Positions 26,056 to 40,090 of a DNA stretch of 64,000 bases are shown one piece after another. Position 1 is the first letter of the stretch. Each line of letters starts with the position of its first letter. The translations under genes and the position numbers were made by a program. The notes beneath the pieces were generated by a model. The model worked only from the letters and a program-made list of their open reading frames with translations, searched no databases and was not told the origin of the DNA. Source of the DNA: Octopus sinensis (taxonomy: Eukaryota). The stretch spans positions 113,894,001 to 113,958,000 of the forward strand of contig NC_042997.1 of the NCBI RefSeq assembly GCF_006345805.1, written 5' to 3'.

Positions 26056-26527
26056 GCCAGCTCAAATACCGTCTTGACAAAACATCATAGAGGGACAGCC
26101 ATGGACTTCACCAACAATACAGTTGTCCTATCCACCCCGCTCTTACTTTCTCACTCACTCACTTTCGTTTTGACAACACCACTTGATCTATTTAGTTACG
26201 GCTGCTATAGCAACAGGGAATAAGTAAGTGCAAACGCTATCTACCTATTTACAAGAAACTATAACTCTCATTACCTCGTATGCTATTTGACTGTTTTTAT
26301 ACATGGATGCCTGTCATGGTTCAGCTTTAATTATATGTAATGGAGAAATAAATGTTATTTACAACTTCAGCCATTGCCTTTCTTTCATGGAATCAACATC
26401 ATCATCTTCGCCTTCCGACATATGCATTATCTGTTACAGCCTTACTGCTGTGAACGTAACACTCTAAGCAGCAAACCACAAACCTTCTGCTATATAACCA
26501 TAATCCACTCATCTGATATACAAATAG

Positions 26528-26619
<92 letters not shown>

Positions 26620-26620
<1 letters not shown>

Positions 26621-27360
26621 CACTGACGTGACTGATGACAGTACCACCTGATTGGCACTCGTGCCAGTGGAATGTTAAAAGCACTAATCTGAGTGTGATT
26701 GTTGCCAATGTCATCAGACTGGCTCCCGTGCAGGTGGAACGTAAAAAACACCTCTTGAGTGTGGTTGTTGCCAGTGCCACCTGACTGGCCCTTGTGCTGG
26801 TGACACGTAAAAAGCACCCATTACACTCTCGGAGTGGTTGGTGTTAGGAAGGTCATCCAGCTGCAGAAACTTTGCCAGATCAGATTGGAGCCTGGTGCAG
26901 CCTTCTGGCTTGCCAGTCCTCAGTCAAACTGTCCAACCCATGCCAGCATGGAAAGTGGACGTTAAACGACGATGATGATGATGTATTACATAAATATATA
27001 TACAAGGTGACCAATGCTGGTGGTACGTGAAAAGCATCTTTTGAGTGTTGGGCTTCACGGAGGCAATGACAAATGACCGAGACCTTTGTCATTGAGCCGT
27101 GCTTGAGAAGAAGACCCATCAGGCCAAGTAAAACTGCAGTCACGGCAGATACTGGTGTCACACTAATGGCATCTGTGCCGGTGGTACGTAAAGGCACCCA
27201 TTACACTCTTGGAATGGTTGTTGTTAGGAAGGGCATCCAGCTGTAGAAACCTTGCCAAATCAGTCTGGAGTTTAGTGCAGCCTTCCAACTTGCCAGCCCT
27301 GCTCAAACTGCCCAACCCATGCCAGCATGGACAAGGGATGGTTGATGATGATGATGATGA
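26620..27360 (+). mobile_element. Two consecutive RTE 3'UTR fragments
   Basis: Two terminal motifs ending in (GAT)n at about 26983 and 27360. Confidence 0.8.
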
Positions 27361-28534
27361 TATGTATGCGCATACATACACTTCATCATCACCATTTAAT
27401 GTATGTGTTGGACAGTTTGACCAGGGCTGGCAAGCTAGGGAGCTGCATCGGACTCCAATTGTCTGTTTTGGCATGGTATCTACTGCCACTCCTGATGCCA
27501 ACCGTCTACAGAGTGTACTGGATGCTTCTTACATGGCACCAACACTGCATTTTATTTGGAACCAGCACAAGTGCTTTTTATGTGGTACCTGTACAGATTC
27601 CTTTTGCTTGGTGCCTGCATGGGTGCTTTTTACATAGCACCAGCCATGTAAATGAATACACACACACACAATTTCATATATATATTTGAATTCTACATTA
27701 AAATGGAGTTTTGAAATTTCAGGGTGGATTAAAAAAAAGCATATGAAGACATTGATCGGAAACTGTTGTTAAGAATGTTATAATGGTGGTAAAGGAAAAA
27801 TTTTCTAACAGTCAAGTATTATTGGTATGTAACATAAAATATATTGATCTCCTTACCGTGTAGTTTACCAAAATCCCAAGGCTTATTTTTATTATTCTAA
27901 ACATTGCTTTCTGTTCATTTTGACATGTAAAAATGCAGGAATGGCTGTGTGGTCAAGAAGTTTGCTTCCTAACTATGAGCTCTCAGGTTCAGTCCCACTG
28001 CAAGCCATTTGAAGCAAGTATCTTCTACTATAATCGCTGACCAATAAAGTCCTTGTGAGTGCATTTGGTAGACAGAAACTGAAAGAAGCTGGTGTATATA
28101 TACATATACACATATATGTCATCATCATTGTTTAATGTCTGCCTTTTATGCTGGCATGGGTGGGATGGTTTGCCAGGAGCCAGCTAGACAGAAGCCTGCA
28201 CCAGACTTCTGTAACTGTTTTGGTAGGATTTTTATAGCTGGATGCCCTTCCTAACAGCAACAACTCAGTAGAGTGGACTTAGTGCTTTTACATGACACAA
28301 GCACTGGTGAGATCAGTTTTGGCATGGTTTTTACAGCTTGATGCTCTTCCAAATGCCAACCACTTTACAAAGTGGACTGGATCTTTTTAAGTGGCACCTG
28401 GGTTTACTTCTTGCCATAACAGTTACAAAAACAGTTTTGGTAATCTGCCTCAGATTCCTTCCATTGAAGCCATACTAAAATAGAAAAACAGTCTTTAAAT
28501 GAACAAATGTAAAGTTCATCTTGTTCAACAACTA

Positions 28535-28566
<32 letters not shown>

Positions 28567-28611
28567 GGAGAAAAAGTCAAGATAGAAAATGCTAAAATAA
28601 TTTTAAAAAAA

Positions 28612-28657
28612 CATTTCAGTACCGGTTTCAGTCATTGTGACTTTTTCAACTGTAACA
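28612..28657 (-). ncRNA. Minimal type-I hammerhead ribozyme-like motif (U3-A8 core)
   Basis: CAG / UUGAAAA / AGUCA-caa-UGACU / GAA / ACCGGU / A / CUG, folded by eye. Confidence 0.55.
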
Positions 28658-28787
28658 ATTAAACAATTAAATTTAGAAAAATTAAAAGAAAAGTTTTTTT
28701 AAGTGAATATTTGTATAGTGTTCAAATACAAGTGGCATTTTCCTTGTTTCTGCCTGTCCTTGTCTCTCTTGTGGGTTCAAGGTCATA

Positions 28788-28830
<43 letters not shown>

Positions 28831-29941
28831 AGCTGAAATTGAAATTCATTAAGAATACTGATTCAGTAATATGATATAATGTAAAACAAGTTAGAATTAT
28901 GGTTAAAATCAATAATTAACTCTAAGCTCTTGAGAATCCTTACCATCTTCATGAAGCATCCATATTTCATACTGGCATGTGTTGGATGTTTTGACAAGAT
29001 CCAGCAAGCTGGAGGACTGCTGCACTCCAATGTCTATTTTGGTATGGTTTCTATAGCTGGATGCCCTTCCTATTGCCAATGAGTATTAAGATTAGAATAA
29101 GCTTTGCTAGAAGTCTCTAGAAATCTTTTGTGAGTTTTAAAAGCAGTTTAGTTCTTGGCAGTGAAATCTGTTCAGCTTAAAGTTGTCATCATCATCATCA
29201 TCATCATCATCAATGTCCACTTCTCTGTGTTTGCAAAGGTCAGAAAGAATTTGTTGAGGCAGATTTTCTTCAGCCAGATGCCTTTTCTGTTGCTGACCCT
29301 TATCTGTTCCCAATCAAAGTGTTTTCTTCTCCATTTGTCAGACATGTTTTTCTATGCGAGACTGGAAATGAACAGCATCACTTGTATGATGGTGATGCTC
29401 ATTTATAACCATCACATGACACCAAGACCAGGGTACACAGAAATATACAGATGCATGCATACACACACACACACACACACACACATGATGAAGGCAAGCA
29501 AGCTGAAACTTCAAAGTCACTGACAACCTTTTCCTTGTAAAAGTTTAATAAACATGTACTCTACCAAAAGTATTGAGTAGTTCTTCAATTCAGTGTTAGA
29601 TTGTATTTTTTATATATAATTTAACATCAAAACAAGCCTTAATATATCTGTGTGTGCATATATATGTACTAATATTGAACAGTGAAAATGAATGTTCAAC
29701 ATAGCATTGGTGGATAAATATTCTTTATTTTTGTGGGTTAACAAGGCAACCAGTGGTTTTATACAAAGAGATCTTCACAATTATTGAAGTGTGCCATATG
29801 GAACTGTTGGTAATCTGGTAATCCTCTCCATTTTGGAGTACCAACACTTCCGTGTGACTCACTTGAACAATTGTGGAAATCTCTTCACATAAAATATCGA
29901 AATGAGGATACTTTCTGAGTGAATTTATACAGATTGTTAAA

Positions 29942-30331
29942 TCTCTATATATAAAGCTGAAGTTGTCTGTGTATGGCAGGTTTGGTAGTCTTCAACTAAC
30001 ACTATCTCCTCTGTGACCCTGTGGCGCAAGTTGACCAAAATTGAGAGTATGATAGAAGAAGGCTTGCTCTTCCTTCTGCAGAAGAAAAAATTCAAATTGG
30101 ACCATGTTAACACCAAAAATTATTTACATCAAAAAGGTGCTTTTTTTCTATGAAAATCCCTATTTTTTACGATTTTTTGACTGCTGTGTTGCCATTTTTC
30201 TGTGTATTTCAACCAGAAAAATGTTTACTTAAAGAGAATAACAAGCTACATAATGCAAAATTTTTACTTTTCAAAAATTCCAATTCTAAAGGGTCAAAAC
30301 AAACCCGAGCAACGCTGGGTGATACTGCTAG
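29942..30331 (+). mobile_element. Non-autonomous Helitron-type element, 390 bp
   Basis: A|TC 5' end (TCTCTATATATAAAG), subterminal hairpin CCCGAGCAACGCTGGG (30304-30319), CTAG|T 3' end; no TSD. Confidence 0.75.
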
Positions 30332-31629
30332 TGAATGGATATAACTGGCCTTTCTTATGTCAAACATTGCACACTACAACACTATATCTTAGAAGATTTT
30401 AATCTGTGCAGCTGCCAAACATTGATTTGAAATCACTTGCTGAAAATTAATATTTTTGCAGCTGGTAGATTGCCAGTCTGAGCTTGTTTCTACTGTAAAA
30501 TGGTAGGTATTATGATAAGATAATATTATTTAGCAAATATTTGAGTTGGAAAAGAAAATGTTTCCTCAGCTTAACTGCACAAATAACTATTTCTATTTAA
30601 ACACTAGACATCTTACTTAAATGTAAATGATGTCTGCATTAGCATCTGTAATATGATTGCTTGTGTTTACTGGAGTTTCATTTATACTAGTATACTCAAT
30701 CATTAGGAGAAAAAAAAAATCTTTTAACACCTTAGGGGTTATCGAGGATTTTTTTGGGGTGTTGCCCAAAAATTTAGAAATAAATTCTATATAAAGTGGG
30801 AATCGTAATTCATAACAAACGGACCCATTTTTATGTATTCTCACTTTGTTGTAGCAGACGATATGCATATAAAAACAGTAATGATGTGAAACTGCTGGAA
30901 ATAAACCTTGGTCCTGCACCCTGCACTTTGATTCAGTGATGTAATTTCAGTATGACTCAATATTTTGTTGCTTTCTTTTTCTAGCAAAAAAATATCTGGA
31001 TTATAGAGCTGAAGATAATTAAACACAATGCTGTGAGTATTGTCTTGAGGTAAGTTTACAAAAGAAATAAACCCATCCCTTCTCCCCCACCCTACGCAGA
31101 ACCACTTCCCTTTGTCATTATCATTCCTGCCCTCATTATTTCTACCAATAACCCACTTTTGTGCCTTCAGCTTCTGATGTCTTTCTTCTGCTATATCCCA
31201 TCCTCAACACCCCTTTTATCTGTTATTGTTCTCAAAGCTCTCTCATTCCTACCATCACACCCTACTTACTATAGCTCCCTATATCTCCCTCTCCACCACT
31301 CCGACGTTCTGCACATCATCCCACTACTTTCTGATTTGTTCTCCTCCCTGAACCACTCCTGTATCTCCCACCACACACCTCTCTATAATGGTATTTCCTT
31401 TGGTTGCACCTTCACCCTTATTCATTACTCACTACATTTACCTCCACCCTCATCTTTTCTCCATCTGTTACTCTCCACCCTCATGCTCACTAAATATGGC
31501 CACTCTCTCCTCTCCCCCCATGACCCACTGTCCATATCCTCTCTTATGCTCACCTTCTTGTACCCAGAGAATTTATACTGGTACTCCGGCACTACCTCCT
31601 TTTATCTCCATCTCAACTACTCCAATACA

Positions 31630-31925
31630 CATCATCATCATCATCATTTGACGTCCGCTTTCCATGCTAGCATGGGTTGGACGATTTGACTGAGGTCTGG
31701 CTAACCAGGCTCCAACCTGTTCTGGCAATGTTTCTAAAGGTGGATGCCCTTCCTAACGCCAACCACTCCGAGAGTGTAGTGGGTGCTTTTACGTGCACAA
31801 GGGCCAGTTTGGTGGTACTGGCAATGGCCACGCTCAAATGGTGCTTTTTATGTGCCACCTGCACAGGAGCCAGTCCAGCAGCACTGGCGACGACCTCGCT
31901 CAAATGTTTCACGTGCCACCAGCAC
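31630..31925 (-). mobile_element. RTE 3'UTR copy
   Basis: (CAT)n tail, terminal motif, three subrepeats. Confidence 0.85.
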
Positions 31926-32995
31926 AAGTGTTAGTAAGGCGACGCAGGTAACCTCTATATATAATAGGGGTAGCCATACATTTCCTCAATAGCAAGACAC
32001 TAGTGCTTGTTTCCCTATCTTACTTGAGCCTTTCAACATACGACATAAAGCCACCTTCCCCCTCCCAAATATACCCCATTTAGTAGTGACAGTTTCTCTT
32101 TTTTTCCTTCCCACTTTTCTTTCTCTATCTTGAATGTTTACATGGCAGCCTCACTAATGCCTGGGTATGACAAAAGCACCCAGTACACTCTGTAAAGTGG
32201 TGAGTGTTAGGAGGGCATCCAGATTTAAAAATTGAACCAGAACAGGCAATTGGAGCCCTACAGCAGCTTGCTGAAACCTGTCAGACTGTCTGACCCTTGC
32301 TGGCATGGCAAAGTGGATGTTAAATGATGATGATGTACACATACCAAACATACACACACACACACTCCATTTGGGTTTTGACCTTAGAGTTTACTTCATA
32401 AAGCCTGCCCATAGGTATCAACTATCAGACACTGTTGTCCAACCAAAATGGATCACTTCACTGTTGATAAATCTGAAAATCTGTAAATGTCCCTAAACTT
32501 TACATAAACCTTAACAAAGAGTAGTAATAGAGTGAGCAATTTATTTTATTGCATCATTCTACAATTGTTTCATTGACACATTACCAGAAGTTTAATGCTG
32601 AAATATTAATGGTTAGGGACTAGGAACAATGGTGATTTGCTGTACATGAGAAGATGCATCAAGCCAAGTAAAATCCCTGTGATCCATACATACAGACTTG
32701 TCTTTTACAGGTGCCGGTGCCACATAAAATGCTCTTGTGCCAGTGCTGATTAAATGCACCTGTGCTGGTGGCACATAAAAAGCACCCAGCACACTGTTGA
32801 GTAGTTGGCATTAGAAAGGGTATCCAGCTGTAGAAACCATGCCATAAGAGACAATTAGAGTCTGGATAGCTTCGCGGCTGGTCAGCTCCTGTCAACCCAT
32901 CCAAACCATGCCAGTATGGAAAGTGGATGTTAAACTATGATGATGATGAATATATGAAATAATATACATCGAATCAGTATTATGCTACTATTATA

Positions 32996-33330
32996 TCTAT
33001 ATATATATAAATGGCAAAATGTTTGTCTGTGTGTGTGTCCTTTATACAAATCCACAATTTTTCAGTTAGAGGGCTCGCACTTTCTATGGTCATTCAAAAC
33101 CATCCAAGGGGTAGTCGTGCACATCTTTACATTTCCCCAGTCACCCCACAAAGCCATTAAAAAATCAATAGAAGTGACTTTTTTTGTGAATTTTCTATCC
33201 AAAACCCAATCAAAATGCCTGAAACTTGATACGCCAATTGAATGCCAGCTAGCTGTATGTGATTGGTCGGAGATTTGGACAGTACTCGCGTGTATGTGCG
33301 CATGCACGCAGCTGTATATGCATGCACTAG
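32996..33330 (+). mobile_element. Possible second Helitron/HINE-like element
   Basis: Starts A|TCTATATATATATAAA followed by GTCTGTGTGTG and has a CTAG near 33327, but no clear terminal hairpin or T flank. Confidence 0.35.
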
Positions 33331-33954
33331 CACTATTATAGATCCCTTTCAGTCAGGTTCATAATGGTAACTGGATATCATATGGCACTGTGGTTAAGTA
33401 ATACAACATGCTCTTCAGAGATAGCATGTATGGAAAAATATATGGCAACTACCCTGTTATTGGAAGTGAAAAATATCCCATCCAGTTTTTGGGTGCAATG
33501 AAAAAAGACAAAATAAAGCTGTAGGAGGCAAAGTGAGCAAGATTTTTATCAAGAGTTATATCTTATAGCACTCAAATATTTGAGGTGCTGTAAGGTGGCA
33601 TGAGTTTGGTGAAAGTAGGGTTAAAATATGTGCAGGGGTCTTTGGTGGAGATGGGGGTGTTGGGTGGGTCTCTGAATGTTTAAACCGATGTTGAAGTGCA
33701 TGTGTATCTGTTTTCATTTGTATGTTTTGGTTAAACTCTTTGCTGAGTTCTTAGGATAGGATGATAAGAGGGCCAGAAGCAGAGAGTCTAGTGATTATAG
33801 TCATGGTGGGGCTCATAGGTAAGATGATATACCTTCTTTCATGTGGATAAGAACAAAACTATTTTCAACACACCGTATGCTAATTAACCAACTTCATTAT
33901 ATTAAACATGCATTTTGTTATTGTGCAAGCTTATGCAGAAAGTAATCACATGTA

Positions 33955-34204
33955 CAAAGAATAAATGAAAGATTTAGCTGAAATCGCACATGCTCATCGT
34001 GTATTGGATGGTCCATTCCTATAAATTTTGTTATTAAAAATCATTTATGTAAAATTATGATTTTGAAAATCATAATTTTGAAATAAACTTCATCACCAAC
34101 TAATTTTACATAAACTGATTTTTAATAACAAAATTTATAGGAATGGACCATCCAATACGCAATGAGCATGTGTGATTTCAGCTAAATCTTTCATTTATTT
34201 TTCG
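33955..34204. mobile_element. 250-bp MITE (Tc1/mariner-type, TA flanks)
   Basis: About 100-bp inverted arms 33955-34057 and 34101-34204, flanked by TA at 33953-33954 and 34205-34206. Confidence 0.8.
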
Positions 34205-34294
34205 TAGATATTTGAAAAAAAAAATGAACGCATGACTTTGAAATTCAGAAACATTTTTTCATGCTCAGAATTGCTGAAGCATAGAATAAACTAA

Positions 34295-34684
34295 ATGCAT
34301 CAGTTGTTAGCTATCAAAACTCTGAGCACCTTTTCAAACTCCACCTGTCTAACACCCGTGGACATGTTTACAAAGTCAGAAAATAGCACAGCTCCCATGA
34401 CTTTCGGAAACATTTTTTTCACGCTAAGAGTTGCTGAAGCAAGGAACAAACTGCCGGCATCAGTTGTTGTCGGAGCACTGCATCCTTCAAAACTTCCATG
34501 CTTCCTGAGATTCGCCAACACTACACCTGATTTTCTCCCCTCCATACACATGCAAGCATGTATCCGACTCATACACTGTTCACTTCCCAGACATTTGTAC
34601 ATTACTGCATATGCTTTATACGCAGTTTTTGACAAGTTGTGGTGCACCTGAGCACTGTATACAATAATTTCATTATTATTATTT
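34295..34684 (+). mobile_element. CR1-type LINE 3' end
   Basis: Remnant peptide SNTRGHVYKVRK...FRKHFFTLRVAEA.NKLPASVV, typical of CR1 C-termini; (ATT)n tail. Confidence 0.85.
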
Positions 34685-35582
34685 TAAAATACTATTTCCT
34701 TCAAAACTTCCATTCGTCAACAATACATCTTTTTAAACAACTCATTCACTGTTCACTTTCTGTACATTCCTCTATGTACTGTTCATGCAGTTTTGGTTAC
34801 TTTTTCTGATCAGCTATAGTGAAATTGAGCACTGTACACAATTTAAATTCATTATTATTCCGTAAATTGCATAAAGAACAATGGTTATATAATTCCCCAA
34901 GTGTTCATTTAAAGGGAGATAACTGTTTTAACCGTTTAATGCATTATCTCTCATAGCTGGTGGAGTTGCTGTTGCCGCTGTTAGGACTGAAAAAGGGAAT
35001 GGAGTGCAAATTGCCATGCTTAGTAAAATTCCAAATGGTTTTCTAAACATTCATGGCAGAGAAAGAAGAATTATATAGAAGCAAATTCTATTTTGTGTTC
35101 TTATTAACAGAGCTGGGAAGGCAGGGTTGGGGTATTTGTCAGCTTGAAACTCACTGTGGCTGTGTGGTAAAAAGCTTGCTTCCCAACCACATAGTTCCAG
35201 GTTCAGTCCCTCTGCATAGCACCTTGGGCAACTATAGTCCCAGGCTGACCAAAATGCTTTGCAGCGTTTCTTCCAACCTCACGTTGTGAGTTCAAATACC
35301 ACCTCGGTCAACTTTTACCACATAAAAAGCACCTGTACTGGTGCTTCATAAAAATCACTTGTGTTGTTCATGTAAAAAGCCCCCAGTACACTCTGCAAAG
35401 CAGTTTGCGTTAGGAAGGGCATCCTAGCTGTAGAAACTATGTCAAAGCAGACAATTGGAAGCTGGTGCAGCCGCCCAGCTTACCAGCTCCTGTTAAACCA
35501 TTCATCCCATACCAATATGGAGAACAGATGTTAAGGGTTTTTTTTTACCATAGATATCAAGCTGCATATTTTGGGATTAAAT

Positions 35583-36175
35583 TTTAAAATAATAATAATA
35601 ATGATAATGAAATTATTGTATACAGTGCTCAGGTGCACCACAACTTGTCAAAAGTGCGTATAAAGTATATGCAGTAATGTACAAATGTCTGGAAAACGAA
35701 CAGTGTATGAGTCAGATACATGCTTGCGTGTGTATGGAGAGGAGAAAATCAGGTGTAGTGTTGGCGAATCTCAGGAAGCATGGAAGTTTTGAAGGATGCA
35801 GTGCTCCGACAACTAACAACTGATGCCAATAGTTTATTCCATACTTCAACTCTTAGTGTGAAAAAATGTTCCGAAAGTCATGGGAGCTATGCTGTTTTCA
35901 AACTTTGTAAACATGTCCACAGGTGTTAGACAGGTGGAGTTTGAAAAGGTGCTCAGAGTTATTGTTTGTAAGATGGTTAATAATTTTATGGGTGTCTGCC
36001 AAGTCAGCTGCCAGACGCCGGAGTTTCAATGTATCCATGCCCAGGGAAGTAAGGCATTCAGAATATGGCAAATGCCTGATGGAGGGTATTCTCTTGGTTG
36101 CACATCGCTGAACGGTTTCCAGATGATTAATATCCTGGGCAAAATATGGGTTCTGTGAATCCTGGAACCCAGGAA
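35583..36175 (-). mobile_element. CR1-type LINE 3' end
   Basis: Minus ORF 35898-36194 (DINHLETVQRCATKRIPSIRHLPYSECL...DTHKII), (ATT)n tail. Confidence 0.9.
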
Positions 36176-37304
36176 AGACAAAATTGAACTCCACATAATT
36201 TTCTCTAATAGTCTGTTGATTTTACTTCTAAAATATTACAACACCATAGAATTTCAAAGTAGCCAAACCCACCTCAAGTCATAACCCACTGTTAGAAAAA
36301 CATGAAGAAAACTTGGATAGTATATTTTTAGATGCCCCTATAAAGATAGGATGGTCCAGACTGGGGCATCTTTGTTTAACCCCCTTGTCTGTTCAAAAGA
36401 GATGATATAGGACTGAGATACTTGGTGCATTGCTGTACTCAAGAAGACCCATCCACCACAGCAGAATTGTTAATGCCCCCTCCCAGCTGAAGGGGCTTTT
36501 GCATTGCAAGAACCCTGTGTCAGTGCTATGTAAAATGCACCCGTGCCAGGCCACATGAGAAGTACCCAACATGCTCTGTAAAGTGGTTGGTGTTAGGAAA
36601 GGCATATAGCCATAGAAACCAAGCCTGATCAGACAGGAACCTGGTGTGACTTCCAAGCTTGCCAACTCCATGTCAAACCGTCCATGCCAGCATGGAAAAT
36701 GGACATTAAATGATGATGTCAGAAATGGTGTAAGGGATTTGTTGATGCTATTTCTAGCAGGTCATGCTCTTTCATTTGATATTTATCTCTTGATTTTGTA
36801 TATTTTTCAATCGCTTCTAGGTATGTTATTAAAGAAGGTTTATTTCATAGGCCAATGTATGTTGCATTTTATAAAAATATATATAATTAGTAAAATATAT
36901 TGTATTTTATTGGCTAATCTCAAGTTATTGTTTTGTCTGAAATGTACTGACTGTTAATAAAATTATTTTCTTATTTTAACCAGTTGTTTGTTTTGTTTTT
37001 AATTTTGTTTTATAATTTTCATGCGACTTGTTGCAAGTGAATAGCATTTTGAAAAATTATTGCATTCTCAACATCCATATTTTTTCAATGTGCTATTGTT
37101 TTGAGATTTACTTTTAATCCTTTTGACACCAACTCATCCGAGACTACTCCTGGTTCCATGATACAAATTCACTGTTTTCAAGTGGTCTAAATTAAAATCT
37201 TTCATGAAAATTTTATGTTAATTTATGATCCAAACACCAGATTAACAATGACAATGTGATTTCCCTAAATTCTTTATTATTTAAAAAATTAATTGATATA
37301 AAGA

Positions 37305-39606
37305 GGTTTGGAGATGCCACTATGAAAGGTTGCTGAATAAAGAAAATGAATGGGATAAAGAGAGTCTGCCAAATGTCAACCCAACAGAGGGACCAGCCAT
37401 CCAAGTTGACAGTTCCAAGGTAGTTAAGGCAATTAGAAGCATGAAGACAGGGAAAGCCCCAGGCCCATCTGGAATTACTGCAGAGATGCTCAAAATATCT
37501 GGCAGTGTCGGCTATAACCTAGTCACCCGTATAGTTAACCAGGTGATACACGAAGGAGTCATACCCAATGACTGGTGTAGCAGCATACTAGTCAACTGCT
37601 ACAAAGGTAAAGGAGAAGCCCTAGATACAAATAATTACAGAGGTATCAAGCTGTTGGATCAGGTAATGGAGGTTACAGAGAGTGTCATAGCCCAACTGAT
37701 TAGGGAGAGATTCAACTTGGACGAGATGCAGTTTGGTTTCATGCCAGGGAAAAGCACCACTGATGCCATATTTCTGGTGAGACAGCTGCAGGAGAAATAC
37801 CTAGCCAAAGATAAGCCCCTGTACCTGGCTTTCGTTGACATGGAGAAAGCCTTTGACAGGGTCCCCCGATCCCTTATCTGGTGGTCAATGAGGAAACTAG
37901 GGATAGATGAATGGCTGGTGAGGGCTGTGCAAGCCATGTACAAGGATGCCGTAAGTAAGGTAAGAGTTAGCAACATGTACACAGAAGAATTCAAAGTAGA
38001 GGTTGGGGTCCACCAGGGTTCAGTACTCAGCCCCCTCCTATTTATCATAGTCCTCCAGGCAATTACGGAGGAATTCAAGACAGGTTGCTCCTATATGCTG
38101 ACGACCTTGCTATAATTGCTGAGTCACTATCAGAACTGGAGGAGAAGTTCCAGGTGTGGAAGGAGGGTCTAGAATCGAGGGGCCTTAGAGTCAACCTAGC
38201 TAAAACCAAAGTACTAATAAGTAGGAAGGTAGAAAATCCACAAATGTCTTCAGGAAGATGGCCCTGCTTGATCTGTAGAAAAGGTGTAGGTAGAAACTCT
38301 ATAAGATGTACCCAGTGTAAGCTATGGACACATAAGAGGTGCAGCAATGTCAAAGGAAGGCTAACTGGGAAGATAGTTTTTGTATGTGGCAGATGTTCGG
38401 GAGCATTAACCTCTGAAAATCTGCAGAAAATAACTTCCGTCACTTTCCAGGGGGAAAAACTAGAAGTATTTGATAGCTTCCGTTATCTTGGTGACCAAGT
38501 CAGTAGTGGGAGTGGGTGTGATGAAAGTGTAACGGCTAGAGTAAGAATAGCCTGGGCAAAGTTTAGGGAGCTCTTACCTCTGCTGGTGACTAAAGGCCTC
38601 TCGCTCAGAGTAAAAGGCAGACTATGATGCATGTGTACGAACAGCCATGCTACATGGCAGTGAAACATGGGCCATGACTGCTGAGGACATGTGTAAGCTC
38701 GCGAGAAATGAAGCCAGTATGCTCCGATGGATGTGTAATGTCAGTGTGCATGCTCGACAGAACGTTAGTACCCTGAGAGTAATGTAGGACTTAAGGAGCA
38801 TCAGTTGTGGTGTGCAAGAGAGATGATTGCGCTGGTATGGTCATGTGGCGAGAATGGATGAAGATAGGTGTGTGAAAAAGTGCCAATCCCTAGCAGTGGA
38901 GGGAACCCGTGGAAGAGGTAGACCCAGGAAAACTTGGGCTGAGGTGGTGAAGCACGACCTTCGAACTTTAGGTCTCACTGAGGAAATGACCTGCGACCGA
39001 GACCTTTGGAAATATGCTGTGCGTGAAAAGACCAGGCAGGACAAGTGAGTCCAGCCCACTTATGCATGCCTTTCCTCCCTTGGTCACACAAAGACCTGTT
39101 GAGGCAAGCGAAGTCAATATCGAACCTCATCTGACGACAGGCACCTATGCCTACCCCACTTTGCTTGCAAAGACCTGTTGGGGCAAGTGAAATCGAAATT
39201 GAACCAATCTTATGACTGGCACCTGGCAGATGCCAGGACCCCTGGACTGGAGATACGTAAAAAGCACTATCCGAATCGTGGCCAATGCTAGCGCCGCCTC
39301 GACTGGCTTCCGTGTCAGTGGCACATAAAAAGCACCATCCGAATCGTGGCCGAAGCCAGTGCCGCCTCGACTGGCTTCCGTGCAGGTGGCACGTAAAATG
39401 CACCAATCCGACCGTGGCCGATGCCAGCCTCGCCTGGCTCCAGTGCAGGTGGCATGTAAAAAGCACCCACTACACTCACGGAGTGGTTGGTGTTAGGAAG
39501 GGCATCCAGCTGTAGAAACATTGCCAGATAAGACCGGAGCCTGGTGCAGCCTTCTGGCTTCCCAGATCCCCGGACGTTAAACGATGATGATGATGATGAT
39601 GATGAT
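37305..39606 (+). mobile_element. RTE-clade LINE, 5'-truncated, RT domain disrupted
   Basis: ORFs 37330-38115 and 38085-38627 give RT motifs (YRGIKLL, FVDMEKAFDRV, GVHQGSVLSP, YADD). There is a frameshift just before YADD and a premature stop near 38625. Repeat-rich 3'UTR and (GAT)n tail. Confidence 0.95.
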
Positions 39607-39850
39607 AAAAGTAGTCTATTTCAATAGAAATTTGGTAACAAAAGGTTTAAAGTAAGATACCTCTGGACAGCTTTTTATATGGACATATAACTGAGTCCAA
39701 GGTTAGCAAAAAATTAACCTTTAAATTGTGTACTGTCTCTGTTGGTAACACATTTTAAAATGATAAGTTACATTGAAATTCCAGTTTGGTGTATAAATGT
39801 AAAGTTGAAATAATGAAAGAAGGGGTGAAAATTCAGATGACTATTACTTA

Positions 39851-40090
39851 TGTGGAGGTGCATGGCTTAATGGTTAGGGTGTCAGCATCATGATCATAAG
39901 ATTGTGGTTTTGATTCCTGGACAGGGCAATGCATTGTGCTCTTGAGCAAAACACTTCATTTCACATTGTTCCAGTTCACTCAGCTGGCAAAAACGAGTAA
40001 TGCTGCGATGGACTGGCGTCCCGTCCAGCTGGGGAACACATACACCATAGAAACCGGGAAACTGTGCCCATGAGCCTGGCTAAGCTTTAA
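39851..40090 (+). mobile_element. tRNA-derived SINE
   Basis: GGAGGTGCATGGCTTAATGGTTAGGG head, CTTGAGCAAAACACTTCATTTCAC core; similar copies at 51990-52240, 57505-57740 and 61285-61530. Confidence 0.8.

Noticed and set aside
37330-38627. Potentially active RTE reverse transcriptase
   Set aside because: 5'-truncated (no endonuclease domain), frameshift immediately before YADD, premature stop near 38625.
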